Below, one piece after another: positions 1 to 11,580 of a stretch of DNA of 33,563 nt. Origin of the DNA: Octopus bimaculoides (Eukaryota); assembly GCF_001194135.2 (NCBI RefSeq), contig NC_068982.1:168473647-168507209 (forward strand), given 5' to 3'. The notes beneath the pieces are model-generated. The model had not been told where the DNA came from. It searched no databases and saw nothing but the letters and a program-made list of their open reading frames with translations. A program made the position numbers and the translations under genes. The first letter of the stretch is position 1; each line of letters opens with the position of its first letter.

Positions 1-44
1 TATATATGCATATATATAAAAATATATTTTATCTTTCTTCTATA

Positions 45-955
45 TTTTACTGGTTTCGACCCAGAGCTTCAGGTCATGCTGGTTCACCACCTGTAGCTAC
101 TCGGTGTTGTTTCCGATATTGTTTTTGGTGAAGTAGCAAGCTGGACGGAGCTGCTCTACTTATGCGTCTCCTGCTGCGATATGGGTTCATCTGGTATAGA
201 AAACCTATTCAGACGTTCCTTGAAAACTTCCACGTCAACAACATGTAGATCTCTAAGGTTGCCTGAAAGGATGTTGAACATTTGCGGGCCCTTGAATAGT
301 AGTACTGTGTCCTTATTTTAGATGGAGGAAGACGGGATCTTTGGTATGATGCAGTGCTGTCCAGCTGGAGGATTGATATACCTGTCAATTCCAAAACTGG
401 GAGCTAAACCCTCCGAGATCGTCCAAATATATATCACTGCATATCTCTTTCATCTTCTTTCCAGGGAATAGAGACTCAGTTCCTTTGGCCTCTCCCAGTA
501 GCCCATCCTTTGCATCCAGTTAATCTTCTTTGTGTATTGGTGCTCGTTTGCTTCGAGTTCCACAGCTTCTTTCACACTTTCTAGGGACCATAGTTAGGAG
601 CAGTAGTCCAAGCAGCTGAGAACGAAAGTCTTCCATAGGAGTAGCACGGTTTCCGTTCCCTGGTTCTGAATGTCCTCAGAATCCAGCCAGCTACTCGCCC
701 GCAGTGTTTCCATCTAGGTAATATGCACATGGAATGTTGCATCATTGCTCATGTGAACCCCCAGGTCACGCACCGACTCTAAATCTGGGATCATATTACT
801 CTCTGGTACAGTGTGTTCTGATTTTAGCCTGGTGTTGGACCGATAGTAGAGTGCCTGAAATTTCATAGCATTGAAATCCATGTTATTTTGTTTTAGCCCA
901 TTTGTAGATTTCGTGCAGATTTCTGCCAAATCGGTAGTTTCGTTCTAAGCTACAA
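45..955 (-). mobile_element. CR1-like non-LTR retrotransposon, 5'-truncated 3' fragment (decayed RT C-terminus plus 3' tail)
   Basis: Minus-strand translation across stops and frameshifts gives DLESVRDLGVHMSNDATFHVHIT...WILRTFRTRERETVLLLWKTFVLSCLDYCSQLWS...LSLYSLERR...FKGPQMFNIL...PDEP, typical of the CR1-clade RT C-terminus. The 3' end matches the second copy at 16575-17015. Confidence 0.85.
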
Positions 956-964
956 GATTCGTCC

Positions 965-1420
965 GTGCTACAGCTAGCCAAATTGATGTCTATCTGCTCT
1001 TTCATAATTCTTTTGACGTCAACCTCATGTACCAGTATCCAAATATTAGGTCCCTTCCAGGTGCCTTCCCATTATGTACTTTGCCTACAGCTACGGCGAA
1101 AATTTCCGGATCAATTGCATATTGTTGTTGTTGGTACAGTTTCTTTTTACTGCATTTAGCCACGACGAATTAAGGTTGAAATCTCACTCTCCTTTACGGA
1201 TTTTCAACCAGAATGATCTTCTGACAGCGGGCTTTCTTAACGATAATATTTCCCTTCCTCATCATAAGCAAACTTATGCTTTATACAGGCTCCTTCAACA
1301 ATTCGCTTGCTGTAGCGAAAAACTTCACTCAGCGCCCTGAGTTAATGCTTTGGAGTAATTAACCTCGTCCTAAGAGTTTGGTGTGAAGAGTTATCATAGA
1401 GCTTTGTTAGTTTATTCATA
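965..1420 (-). mobile_element. R4/Dong-like (RLE) non-LTR retrotransposon fragment, region upstream of the RT domain
   Basis: Minus-strand peptides LRALSEVFRYSKR...KFAYDEEGKYYR and AIDPEIFAVAVGKVHNGKAPGRDLIFGYWYMRLTS match the KAPG.D.I.G(F/Y)W.K.L pattern I recall for R4/Dong elements. Multiple stops and frameshifts. Confidence 0.65.
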
Positions 1421-1523
1421 AGATGCAATTGATGAGGTGTACACTCATTATTCTTCATACATTTTATTATCATGATTAACAATCTAATATTGCAGAGCAG
1501 ATTGTTGATGATTTTTCAGGCTG

Positions 1524-1600
1524 TACGTATGTTAGTATGCATGTATGCTTGTATGTATGTATGTATGCATGTATGTATGTATGTATGTATGCATGCATGT
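1524..1600. repeat. Imperfect (ATGT)n microsatellite
   Basis: Directly visible tetranucleotide run. Confidence 0.9.
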
Positions 1601-2112
1601 TTGAACTAGTAAGTGAAACGATGTATACAACAATGAACGTATAAAGGAAACTAAACTGGAAATACTTATTGCCAGCCTTGTTAACCGGAGCCATTATAGA
1701 TTCAGCTCTTCCGGCAAGTGCCAGTGATTATAGTCAACATTAAGGTAGAAAGCGAAACATTTTCCGAAATTAACACGCAAAGGCTGGCTTCTTCCGACCA
1801 AAAAGAACGAAACGGATAAAATACGATGCTTTAGTTAATAAAAAAGAGATAAGTTCCTTCAACTAAGCTTGAAACAAAGAGGGTAAGCTAGCCACAGGTA
1901 GACACCGAGACTTTTATGAAAATCCCACGCAGGTGGGACAGGGGCTATGATCAGTTAGAAGTTCGCGAGAAGAAAGGACAAGACGATGGGACGGTATGAA
2001 AACTAGGTGTAGCCGTTGGGTGCTAATACGGGAGTAGGAGTATGGGAGAAAGTAGGTGATAGTAAGAAGAGAGAGAGAGGAAGGAATATTTTGCTGTGAA
2101 CTTCCGTATCTA

Positions 2113-2225
2113 AATGATGGTTTATTTCATCGACAAATTTAGCTTTGGCGGGAAGTGAATTCAGAACTGGAATAGACGAAACAAATACTGCCAGACATTT
2201 TGTTTGACGCAGTAACGATACCACC
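2113..2225 (-). mobile_element. Decayed tRNA-type SINE (family A)
   Basis: The reverse complement contains caaaatg..cagtatttg..gttctgaattca..cccgcc..gtcgatgaaataa, shared with the other family-A copies in the window. Confidence 0.7.
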
Positions 2226-2299
2226 CAATTCACCAACGAATAATATTGAAAACACAAATCCAAACATTTTTATCAGCAAACATTATTTCCAATATTAAT

Positions 2300-2450
2300 A
2301 GAGCCTCAGACAAAATGCCGGACAGTATTTGTTCCGGCTATTTATGTTCTGAATTTATTTCCCACCGAGGTTAGCTTTGTTTTCCATCCTTCCAAGGTCA
2401 ATAAAATAAATACCAATTAAATATTGGGGTCGATATAATCAACTATTACC
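2300..2450 (+). mobile_element. Decayed tRNA-type SINE (family A; central domain resembles the Meta-SINE domain)
   Basis: gttctgaatt..ccaccgaggttagctttgttttccatccttccaaggtcaataaaataaatacc..ggggtcgatataatcaac. About 79% identical over 62 nt to the inverted copy at 2147-2208. The Meta-domain resemblance is from memory. Confidence 0.75.
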
Positions 2451-2738
2451 TTCTCTTGAATTTGTGGCCTCGTGCCTATGTACAAAATCAATAATATTTG
2501 CATGTAGGAAAGCAATGTAATCATTAAGGCGCATCAGATCAATACACAAAAACAAATAAACAGATAAATAAATTCTGGTCTTGTTCGTTAGACAGACAGA
2601 CATGGCAAAGTGACACAATCTGGCTAATATTGAAACAAGCGTAATTACGTACGCATGAACCATCTGTCGAGTTCACTAATGAATTTAATAAACTATTTCA
2701 CGATGTCTCTCTCCTTTTGTACAGATACAAATTCTAAG

Positions 2739-2800
2739 ACACACACACGTGCGCGCGCACATACATATACATACATACACACGCGCGCGCGCGCGCGCAT

Positions 2801-2832
<32 letters not shown>
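2739..2832. repeat. Compound alternating purine-pyrimidine microsatellite (AC/GC/AT) including (CG)8
   Basis: 94 nt of uninterrupted RY alternation read directly from the sequence. Confidence 0.9.
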
Positions 2833-3122
2833 TCATATAAATGAAATTTGTTCATTTAAACATTACGCATATACAGGTACGAGTGTATACGTGCGCGCAT
2901 GCGGTGGATGTATGGCCGCGTGAGTGACTGTAATATGTAATATATTATATTGTATTGACACTAGCAGACGTTTTAATCGACTTTTATTAAAATAAAAATG
3001 GCTGTTCTATGTTATAATATCAATCGATTGTTCTTTCCAATGTTTCATCAACGTTGTCATAGCTGTGTATATCAGTGGTTGAGAGTCTGACGTTCGAGTA
3101 ATTTGCTCTTATCACTCTGCAG

Positions 3123-3199
3123 ATTATGAATAGATCAGTTTCAGTTAAGACGGATTTATATTAGTCATGGCAGCCACACAACTGAACCGTCTTCTATCC
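3123..3199 (+). other. Candidate host exon (possible 5'UTR plus start codon, MAATQLNRLLS)
   Basis: Acceptor ctcttatcactctgcag, donor CC|gtaagt, and gtcATGG context. No homology anchor; chance occurrence is plausible. Confidence 0.2.
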
Positions 3200-3257
3200 G
3201 TAAGTGAGCTCCGTTCTCATTACCTATATATCGTATGCAGAGACGTGTACTCATAAG

Positions 3258-3577
3258 CGTACGTGTGAGCGTGCGCGCATGTGTGTGTGCGTGCATGTGT
3301 GTGTGTGTGTGTGTGTGTCTGCGTGTATGTGTGTGTGTGTGTGCGTGTGTGTGCGTGCGAATATGTTGATTTGGATGGATCGATATTGTTTCCATGAGAT
3401 TTAAGTAAGTTTCTTTTTCTTTAACAGAATTCAAACTGGTCAGAAGTGTGAGTATGAATTAATGTGTGTGTGTGTGTGCGTGTGTGTGTGTGCATGCGTG
3501 CGCATGTGTTTGTGTGTATTATGTACGTGTGTATATATATATTTTTTATATATGTATGCATAGACACATACATGCAA

Positions 3578-3614
<37 letters not shown>

Positions 3615-3665
3615 CATATGTATACACTCATCCATACATGCATAAATACATGTGTGTGTATGTGT
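3258..3665. repeat. Compound (GT)n/(AT)n microsatellite cluster
   Basis: Directly visible; interrupted by about 100 nt of unique sequence. Confidence 0.85.
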
Positions 3666-4550
3666 GTGGGGGGGGGAATCACAAGCCTAATTTTGTGAGT
3701 AAGGAATCTGGTAGGCTGACCAGCTCCTCCAAATCATATATTGGAAATAGCAATAAAAGAATAATGGCGTAATAGGCAGAATTATATCTATATTCATAAC
3801 TAAAGTTGAATTTAATTTATGGTCTCTCGCCGTAGAAGTTATGAGCCGGTTCAAAGGCTTAAAAATATGAATATATAAATTTACGCAAATATATATTGTT
3901 GGTTATTACTCCACTCTTATCTCTATTCTTCTCAACAGTACTCTAATTTCTGCAATGAAAAACTCAAAATTATCTAGACATGAAGTAGATACTATGTTAG
4001 CTGCTTGGTAAAATATCATTGAATTCGAAGTTATACACTGGACAAGCTAGAACAGGCCTAACAAGTTACCAATGATTTGAATAACTCAGCCCAGCCACTG
4101 TATATATCGCGTAGATATATACACTTTGAAATTAGTGTATGACCTGTACAGAAAAATACGCTGTTTATTTTCTCTAATTATAATAACTTAAAACTTATAA
4201 AAATGAATAGAAAGAATTTAGAAATTTATTCGGCGATATAGGATTGTCTCTAACGTGAGGAAATAACTATAAGTTAGCTAATTTTCTTGATGTAATATTA
4301 GATATCATTACGATCCTACATCGTCAGCACCATAAACACAATGCAAATCTACAATACGTTAACAATAAATTTAACCACTTTAAAGCAGTCATCAACTCTA
4401 TCTTTAAAGGCGTTTCATCTAGAATATCCAGACTCTCCGAACATGTGTTGATTTTCACTGAAAACGAGGACTACTATAACGTAACTTTAGTAGGAGTCAA
4501 CAATATATAACACATTCAGTACATTCTAAATTACAGTGTTTTTTTTTTAG

Positions 4551-4642
4551 AAAGCTTAAGTGTGACGGGTGGCATTTTCAAGTACAAAGACTTCATAATA
4601 CGGCCAATCTGGGAAGGTCTTATCACAATAACTGCAACAAGA
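4551..4642 (+). CDS. Candidate internal exon, product unknown (SLSVTGGIFKYKDFIIRPIWEGLITITATR)
   Basis: Strong acceptor (gtg-T10-ag) and donor AGA|gtaaga; 92 nt with two open frames. No recognised protein family. Confidence 0.3.
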
Positions 4643-5012
4643 GTAAGAATATTATTCATCAATTGCTCAAATCTGAACTTCCTGGAATATTTAACATAGA
4701 CAGTCAAAAGCAACACTAAGGAACGATAAGTCCTACGATAACAGGAAATATACTCTAAATAAACGGTGCAAACAGAAATAAGAGTTGTACAGAATGTGCA
4801 ACCTTAGGAATCCTACTTAGTGCCCTTTAAATTACTGATGGCTTAGAACTAATTTAATATATAAATCTTCACCCGATAAAGTAACTTAATGTATAGGTGG
4901 ATAAATATATATATAAATGTGGATGACATAATTGTGAAAATTACTTTATGAATAGCAGAAAAGCAGCTGCTTTTATTTGGAATCTCGGAATCTATGCATA
5001 CGTATGTACGCA

Positions 5013-5016
<4 letters not shown>

Positions 5017-5066
<50 letters not shown>
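5017..5066. repeat. (TG)25 microsatellite
   Basis: Perfect dinucleotide run. Confidence 0.95.
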
Positions 5067-5067
<1 letters not shown>

Positions 5068-5502
5068 TTCTAAGAATAAAAAATTGCTGAAAAGGATGAC
5101 AAAGGAATCCTTGGAAAGTGACATGGACATGCTCATCCCTTATCCCAAGATCTAAAAGTCATAGCTATATCGCACAATTATTGATCAGGTTGTTTATTAT
5201 GGTAATGTTAACAGCGAAAAACTGCTGGGATAACTGAGCAAACATTAAAAAAATGATGAACTTGAAAAGGAAGGTAGAGATATAGAAAGATAGAAAGAAG
5301 GAAATGCGAATAGAGTTGAAGTAATTCTCTATAATCCTTTCTACCTCTATCCGCATTTCCCCTTCTTTGCTTTTTACTTCTATTTCTTCCTTTGCTTTTC
5401 AGGAGCCTTTCTCTCTATTCTTCACTACCCGTTCTCTCTCTCTTTCTCTTCTTCCTTTATGTACCAAGTGACCATCACGTTTCGTTACTCATTCTTTGTC
5501 TA

Positions 5503-5540
<38 letters not shown>

Positions 5541-5579
5541 TCATATGTATCTATGCACACTCGCACACGCACGTATATA

Positions 5580-5684
5580 NNNNNNNNNNNNNNNNNNNNN
5601 NNNNNNNNNNNNNNNNNNNNNNNNNNNNNNNNNNNNNNNNNNNNNNNNNNNNNNNNNNNNNNNNNNNNNNNNNNNNNNNNNNNN
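5580..5684. other. Assembly gap (N) flanked by (AT)n and (ATAC)n
   Basis: N run. Other gaps are at 10037-10436, 12333-12463, 14986-15266, 26521-26594 and 32167-32815, all abutting microsatellites. Confidence 0.98.
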
Positions 5685-6404
5685 TATAAAGATACATACA
5701 TACATACATACATACATACATACATACATACATACATACATACCTAAGAGGTAGACACCGTTATACATGATCGGTTTCTCGGCGGCACCCTTCAATCAGT
5801 TGTGATTTCAACACACGTAGAAATGACTATTACCAGCATAAATTACGTTCTACGTGCTTCAAGTATACTCGTATTATTTATCATAAATTATATATCGAGG
5901 TCTGTTTTTTCTCTTCTCTTTTTCCCCAGTCATTAGATAGAATGTAGACATGTGTCAACAACTCGAAATAGGTTCTTCATACATCAGACTCCACCCAAGC
6001 TGAAGATACGAGTGTACTAAGCAACGTATATGTATTTGTATCAATATACGTTGTTCTACGTTTATGGCTGTACGCTATCATGTTCTTATAGATGTATGTG
6101 CCTATGCATATGTATAGTCACCATGTATGTATCTTTGTGTACAAAAATAAAATGATGAAACGTATGAATCTACATTTTCAGGCGTCAAACCGATGTACAA
6201 GACTCGATTTACTCAAACTTAGTTTGTGTAATTTAATCTTCTGTCCATTTGGTTATATATTTATTCATTTGTATATATAGATATCGATCTGTTTAACTAA
6301 TAATAAAATAATCTATTTATTTCACTCCCTTCACAATACTTCCTTTTCTCCATTATCAAATCCCCTGTTTCATCTTCACAATATCTAAAATTTTAGATTC
6401 AATG

Positions 6405-6629
6405 TGTCTATATATATATAAATATGTGTGTATGTATATGTGTGTGTGTCTGTATGGGTGTGTATATATGTATATATGTATGTATATATATATATATGGG
6501 GGGGGGGTATGTATGTACGTACATACATAAAAATGTATATGCATGTCCATATTTATACATATAAATAAATACATGTAAACACACGTTGCCCACACACATT
6601 CACAGATACACAGAAGGATACACAAATAC

Positions 6630-6679
<50 letters not shown>

Positions 6680-6890
6680 ATATATATATACATACATATA
6701 TATATGTATATATATATATATATGTACATGAACATGTTTGTGTGCGGTTGTGTGTATATATTACTTATGCAGATATATGCTTAATATATATATTAGACAT
6801 ATACGCACACTCATAAATATATATTTTCATATATACATATATGACTATGTGCGTGTTCATAAATATGCAGAGAGAGAGAGAGAGAGAGAG
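6405..6890. repeat. Compound (AT)/(GT)/(AG) microsatellite field
   Basis: Directly visible low-complexity repeats. Confidence 0.85.
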
Positions 6891-7239
6891 TTGGGTGAGA
6901 CATATATTCAAATCTGATGTTTTACTTAGTCGCTTCAGGGATGCTTCAAATTTTATGCGTCCGCTCAACCGAGAGTTGCGTCCAAATGGAAATCTCAGAG
7001 TTGTAATACAGTGAATCACAGTGTACGATCCATTAAATAAACTCTTCTGCATGTGTTTAGTAATTTTTCAGAAGCTTGTACGCTCACATGTATATACATA
7101 CATTCACAAATGTGTTTGTGTACATGTTCATGTGAGAGTGCGCTTGTACGAATATATGTGTCAGTGTGTGTCTGAATATAGAAGAGACAGTTGTAACCCT
7201 CCAAGATTATTGCAATTTTAGTATATCATTACCGTATAT

Positions 7240-7920
7240 TTAATAATTTGTTATTCCAGGCTGAAGGAGTCAAGTGTAAGAGTACTTTGAACGCACTCTA
7301 CTAAATACTGTCTGTCAAATATGACTAGTTTGCAGAATGCAGTCGAGACATGAAGACAATTCGGACGCTTGGTATGCAATAAAGTCTTGTGTTAAACTTG
7401 GCAAAAATACCACAGAAACCGATGAAGTGCTCCAGTCTGCTTATCGATTAACTTGTATGAGCTTGTATGAGCGACCACCTGTTTTTCGATTCCGCAAGAG
7501 GCAAGTCTACTGGGAACTCATCGTGGTCTGCATTTTCAACAGCAGCGCTTTCATCTACACTTACTCGATTCTCTCTGCCCAAACGGTCAACAAAGAGTAC
7601 TTTATAGAGGTTCTGGAGTGGTTCAGGAAGAGATTTCGTCAGAAAACGTCAGAAGAACGCGGCAGTCCACAATTCCATCCGGGTAACCAACTCCTTGACA
7701 AAAATTCGTATTAAAATTGCCCTTCATACTTCCTACACGCCAGACCTTGCTCCCTGCGACTTGTAATTGTTCTCCAGCCTGAAAGAGAAGATGAAGGAGG
7801 CTGTGACCAGGATTCCGGACAGCTTCACTCTGGAGGACTTCTCTAGAGCCTTCACGAAGTGGATGGAACGCTATAGCACTTACATTGAAATCAGAGGATC
7901 CAAATTAGGAGATTAGAGTT
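7240..7920 (+). mobile_element. Internally deleted, decayed mariner (Tc1/mariner) element
   Basis: N-terminal HTH-like YAIKSCVKLGKNTTET.EVLQSAY joined almost directly to catalytic-domain pieces QTVNKEYFIEVLEWFRKRFRQK and YTPDLAPCDL*LFSSLK..MKEAVTRI. The WVP linker region is missing. Confidence 0.85.
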
Positions 7921-8349
7921 TTGTATACGCTCACACTCACACAACACACTCACTCACACATGCGCGCGCGCACATACATACATATACAAACATACACTCG
8001 TACACACATGCACGCACAACCATTCACTCATTAGCATTATTACAACAAAGCTAAACAATATAGTAAAAAGAGTATTCAGTCAGATTAAGCAGAGGGAAAA
8101 TATGAGGAACCCAAGATACTGAAACCGACAACTCCTTGTTTAAACCGCATTTCATTGGCCATTTCATGTTATATTCTCACGATATTTTCCTGATTCTTTT
8201 CTTTTTTCCCCTACATCTTCCGTATCGACAGATTCAGAGACCCTAGAATTGTAAAGGATTTTTTGAACAAAACGTCCCTCTCTGACTCAGCAGTAAATAT
8301 GCCATCGACCGTGTATCACTACCTTGGTGCATAGCAAATTATGCTACAA

Positions 8350-8595
8350 TCATATAATAATGGGCGTAATGTCCGTCTGTCCGTCTGTACTCACATCACG
8401 GCCAAACGGTTGGGCCGATCGGCATGAAACTTTGCAGGGGTGTTTGGGGGGGTCTATAGGGTGGTTTATATATAGGTTTAATCTCATACATGTATGTATG
8501 TATGTATGTATGTATGTATGTATGTCACATTTAGATTTTAACATTAGATTTTAGTTTATAAAGGCCAGCCACGGGTATCGGCTATCAGATACTAT
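8350..8595 (+). mobile_element. Short non-autonomous Helitron/HINE (DINE-1-like) element with internal (ATGT)n
   Basis: 5' TC-atataataat, then tgtccgtctgtccgtctgt and ggccaaacggttgggccgatcggcatgaaacttt, resembling the DINE-1/Lep1 core motif as I recall it. The 3' end ggccagccacgggtatcggctat resembles a degenerate hairpin/CTAG terminus. Confidence 0.6.
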
Positions 8596-9225
8596 TAAAC
8601 AACGAACATAGATTGCTCTACCTATGATATATATGTAAATCCCTAAGCATCTGCAGTTCATGTCATCATTAACAAAGAGAATGGAGTGAGCAACTAAGTT
8701 TGCTGTATTATTCTACAATTGTTCCATCGAAATCTTTTCCAGAAGCTTGCCGCTATAATAACATTACATAATAAACGAAATAATATATCGAATCAGTATC
8801 AATCTAGTAATACTGAAAAATATTGACTCATCAAATTATGTACAAATCGATTTGCTCAATGAACCTTCATTACACAAATTAAATGTTCCTCGTTGAAGAT
8901 GCTCTTATTATCAAATAGTAAAACATTTTTCCCCCTTTGTTTGTTCACTTTGCTTTGTCTTATTTCTAGACCGGTTAATTTGGATTTGTGGTTTATTATG
9001 TATGTTTGGGGGGGGAGGTTTGTGTTTTTGTTTTTTTCTTTTCATTATGCTAAAAACATATTCAACGAGGAGTATACATTCTATAAAATAAAATAAGAGC
9101 TCATGTAACAAATCAATTTATACATAACCAGATGAGTAGATTGTTTCCAGTATTGCCAAAATTAAACTTGTGAGTGTATTATATACGAATCAGGATAATT
9201 ATTTTGCATATCATATCATAATACA

Positions 9226-9396
9226 GGTTTCAAATTTTGGCACAAAGCCAACAAATTGGGTGAAGGGCTATGTCGATTACACCGACATCCCAGGGACAAA
9301 ATAGTACTTATTTAATCGAACATCGAAATGATGGAAGACGAAATCGACCGTGGCGGAATTCAGAACGTAAAGACGGTTCTACCAACTCGCAGCCTT
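9226..9396 (-). mobile_element. Decayed SINE (family A)
   Basis: ggtttcaaattttggcacaaagcc..gtcgattacaccgac..gtacttatttaatcg..ggcggaatt.cagaacgtaaagacg..ccaactcgc, matching the other copies. Confidence 0.75.
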
Positions 9397-9501
9397 TTCC
9401 TATATAATAGCATTTCAAGAACACACTTCTGGTAACGTGTCGTTGAAACAATTGTAGACTTCCGAAGTAAAACGAGTTGTACACAAGAGGAAAAGATAAA
9501 G

Positions 9502-9517
9502 AAAGATAGATAGAAAA

Positions 9518-9576
<59 letters not shown>
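9502..9576. repeat. (GATA)n microsatellite
   Basis: Directly visible tetranucleotide run. Confidence 0.95.
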
Positions 9577-9577
<1 letters not shown>

Positions 9578-10436
9578 GCAAGTATAGCAAACAATTGCTT
9601 GTTGCCGTAATACTGTGTTTCATAAATCATATTTTACCAACGAATGTTTTCACATCTCTCCTTTATCGCTTTATTAATTTCTTTACAGATTTTCATATAT
9701 GAAATGTTCTTTCATTTGTTACCTTTTTTTTGTGTCGGCAAAAGATCGAATTTATTACAATTCTTTCTTCGTTCAAAAAATTATTACGTAATGTTATGGC
9801 ATTATACATCGATATGGTTTGCTTATTTTTACCAATTTGCAAAATAAAACAATAACACAGAAAAATGAAATATATAAAATTTTTTTCACTTCCTTTCAGC
9901 TTCACACACCCACATCCACATATATATGTGTATGTTTGAAAATATATGTTAAAGTCTTAAAGTAAAATACATTTATACGTACGTATATCAATAGCACTAA
10001 CATTGCCGTAATCTATATATATATATATATATATATNNNNNNNNNNNNNNNNNNNNNNNNNNNNNNNNNNNNNNNNNNNNNNNNNNNNNNNNNNNNNNNN
10101 NNNNNNNNNNNNNNNNNNNNNNNNNNNNNNNNNNNNNNNNNNNNNNNNNNNNNNNNNNNNNNNNNNNNNNNNNNNNNNNNNNNNNNNNNNNNNNNNNNNN
10201 NNNNNNNNNNNNNNNNNNNNNNNNNNNNNNNNNNNNNNNNNNNNNNNNNNNNNNNNNNNNNNNNNNNNNNNNNNNNNNNNNNNNNNNNNNNNNNNNNNNN
10301 NNNNNNNNNNNNNNNNNNNNNNNNNNNNNNNNNNNNNNNNNNNNNNNNNNNNNNNNNNNNNNNNNNNNNNNNNNNNNNNNNNNNNNNNNNNNNNNNNNNN
10401 NNNNNNNNNNNNNNNNNNNNNNNNNNNNNNNNNNNN

Positions 10437-10471
<35 letters not shown>

Positions 10472-10726
10472 AGACACACACACATATATGTATACATATG
10501 TAAGCGTATGTGCTGGAAATGAAAGAAAAGTGGAGGAAAAGGGTCGATGTGTTTACAAAAGTTCGATAGATTATTATCAAACTACAACGAGTTGAAAATT
10601 GTGTGTGTGTCGGGTATGGGGGTGGAAAGGTTGGTTGCGCATGCGCACACGTACTTGTGAATACCTACAGAATGAAATGCACATACAGAAATATACTCAT
10701 GGATATATATATTTGAATATAAACCC

Positions 10727-10771
<45 letters not shown>

Positions 10772-11246
10772 CACACACATATAAACGTATATGCACATAT
10801 CTTTATATATATATATTTATATATGTATATATATATATCTACTACATATGTGGGAAATTCTGTCTGTGGGTATGTTTGTGGAGTTGTTAGCTAACTCTTC
10901 CTACATTGTTTTATCGATTCTGATTAAACTTGACATGTGAGTGGAACTCATGTCTGGAATCCTCATGGTATACTTAGATTGTTGAAGAAATTGATAATAG
11001 GGCCGCTGTAAGGAATCTTTATATATAGCCAAGGGAAATAACCCATTCATTTTCCTAAAGATTTTGGTGAAAATGAAATTGAGTATGCTTATTTCTTAGT
11101 ATTTGAACTGTTAGAGTTATTTTCGCAATTTTCCCAGTACAACATTTAAACAAGTAAATAGTTTTTTCCTAAACAATAGATCCACTTATTTCGCTTAGCG
11201 ACTTATTCACGAATATACCAACACTAGCGACCCTGAGGGTAATATT

Positions 11247-11580
11247 CTCTGGGAACGCACAAAAGCCCTTTTCAGAGTTACTTTGAATTATTATTATCTC
11301 ATATCTGATTAGCCTATTATTACGTAACATGCTTCACGATTTTAGTACACATACCTTATTTCCTCTTATATTCTATATACTCTGGGAACGCATTAAAGCC
11401 CTTTCCGGGGCTACTTTATTTAAGTTCTTACTATCGGATAACTAATTTCATGTTATTTACATAACTGAATTCACAATTTGGGTAATCGTAACTTATTGGA
11501 AATTCCTAAAAACAAGATCCTATGTAAAACAGTTCGGTATTCTCTGTAAATGCACAAAAACTGTTTCAAGGGCTACATAT
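11247..11580. repeat. Degenerate tandem repeat, three units starting at 11247, 11380 and 11542
   Basis: Unit heads are ctctgggaacgcacaaaagcccttttcagagttac, ctctgggaacgcattaaagccctttccggggctac and ctctgtaaatgcacaaaaactgtttcaagggctac. Units 1 and 2 also align downstream (ttatt(t)ac.taac...ttcac.attt). Confidence 0.75.

Noticed and set aside
1880-2035. GC-richer stretch vaguely like an octopus interspersed repeat
   Set aside because: Resemblance is from memory only, with no second copy in the window and no diagnostic motif.
5930-5947. Strong polypyrimidine acceptor (ctcttctctttttccccag)
   Set aside because: All three frames stop within 6 codons and no convincing donor follows.
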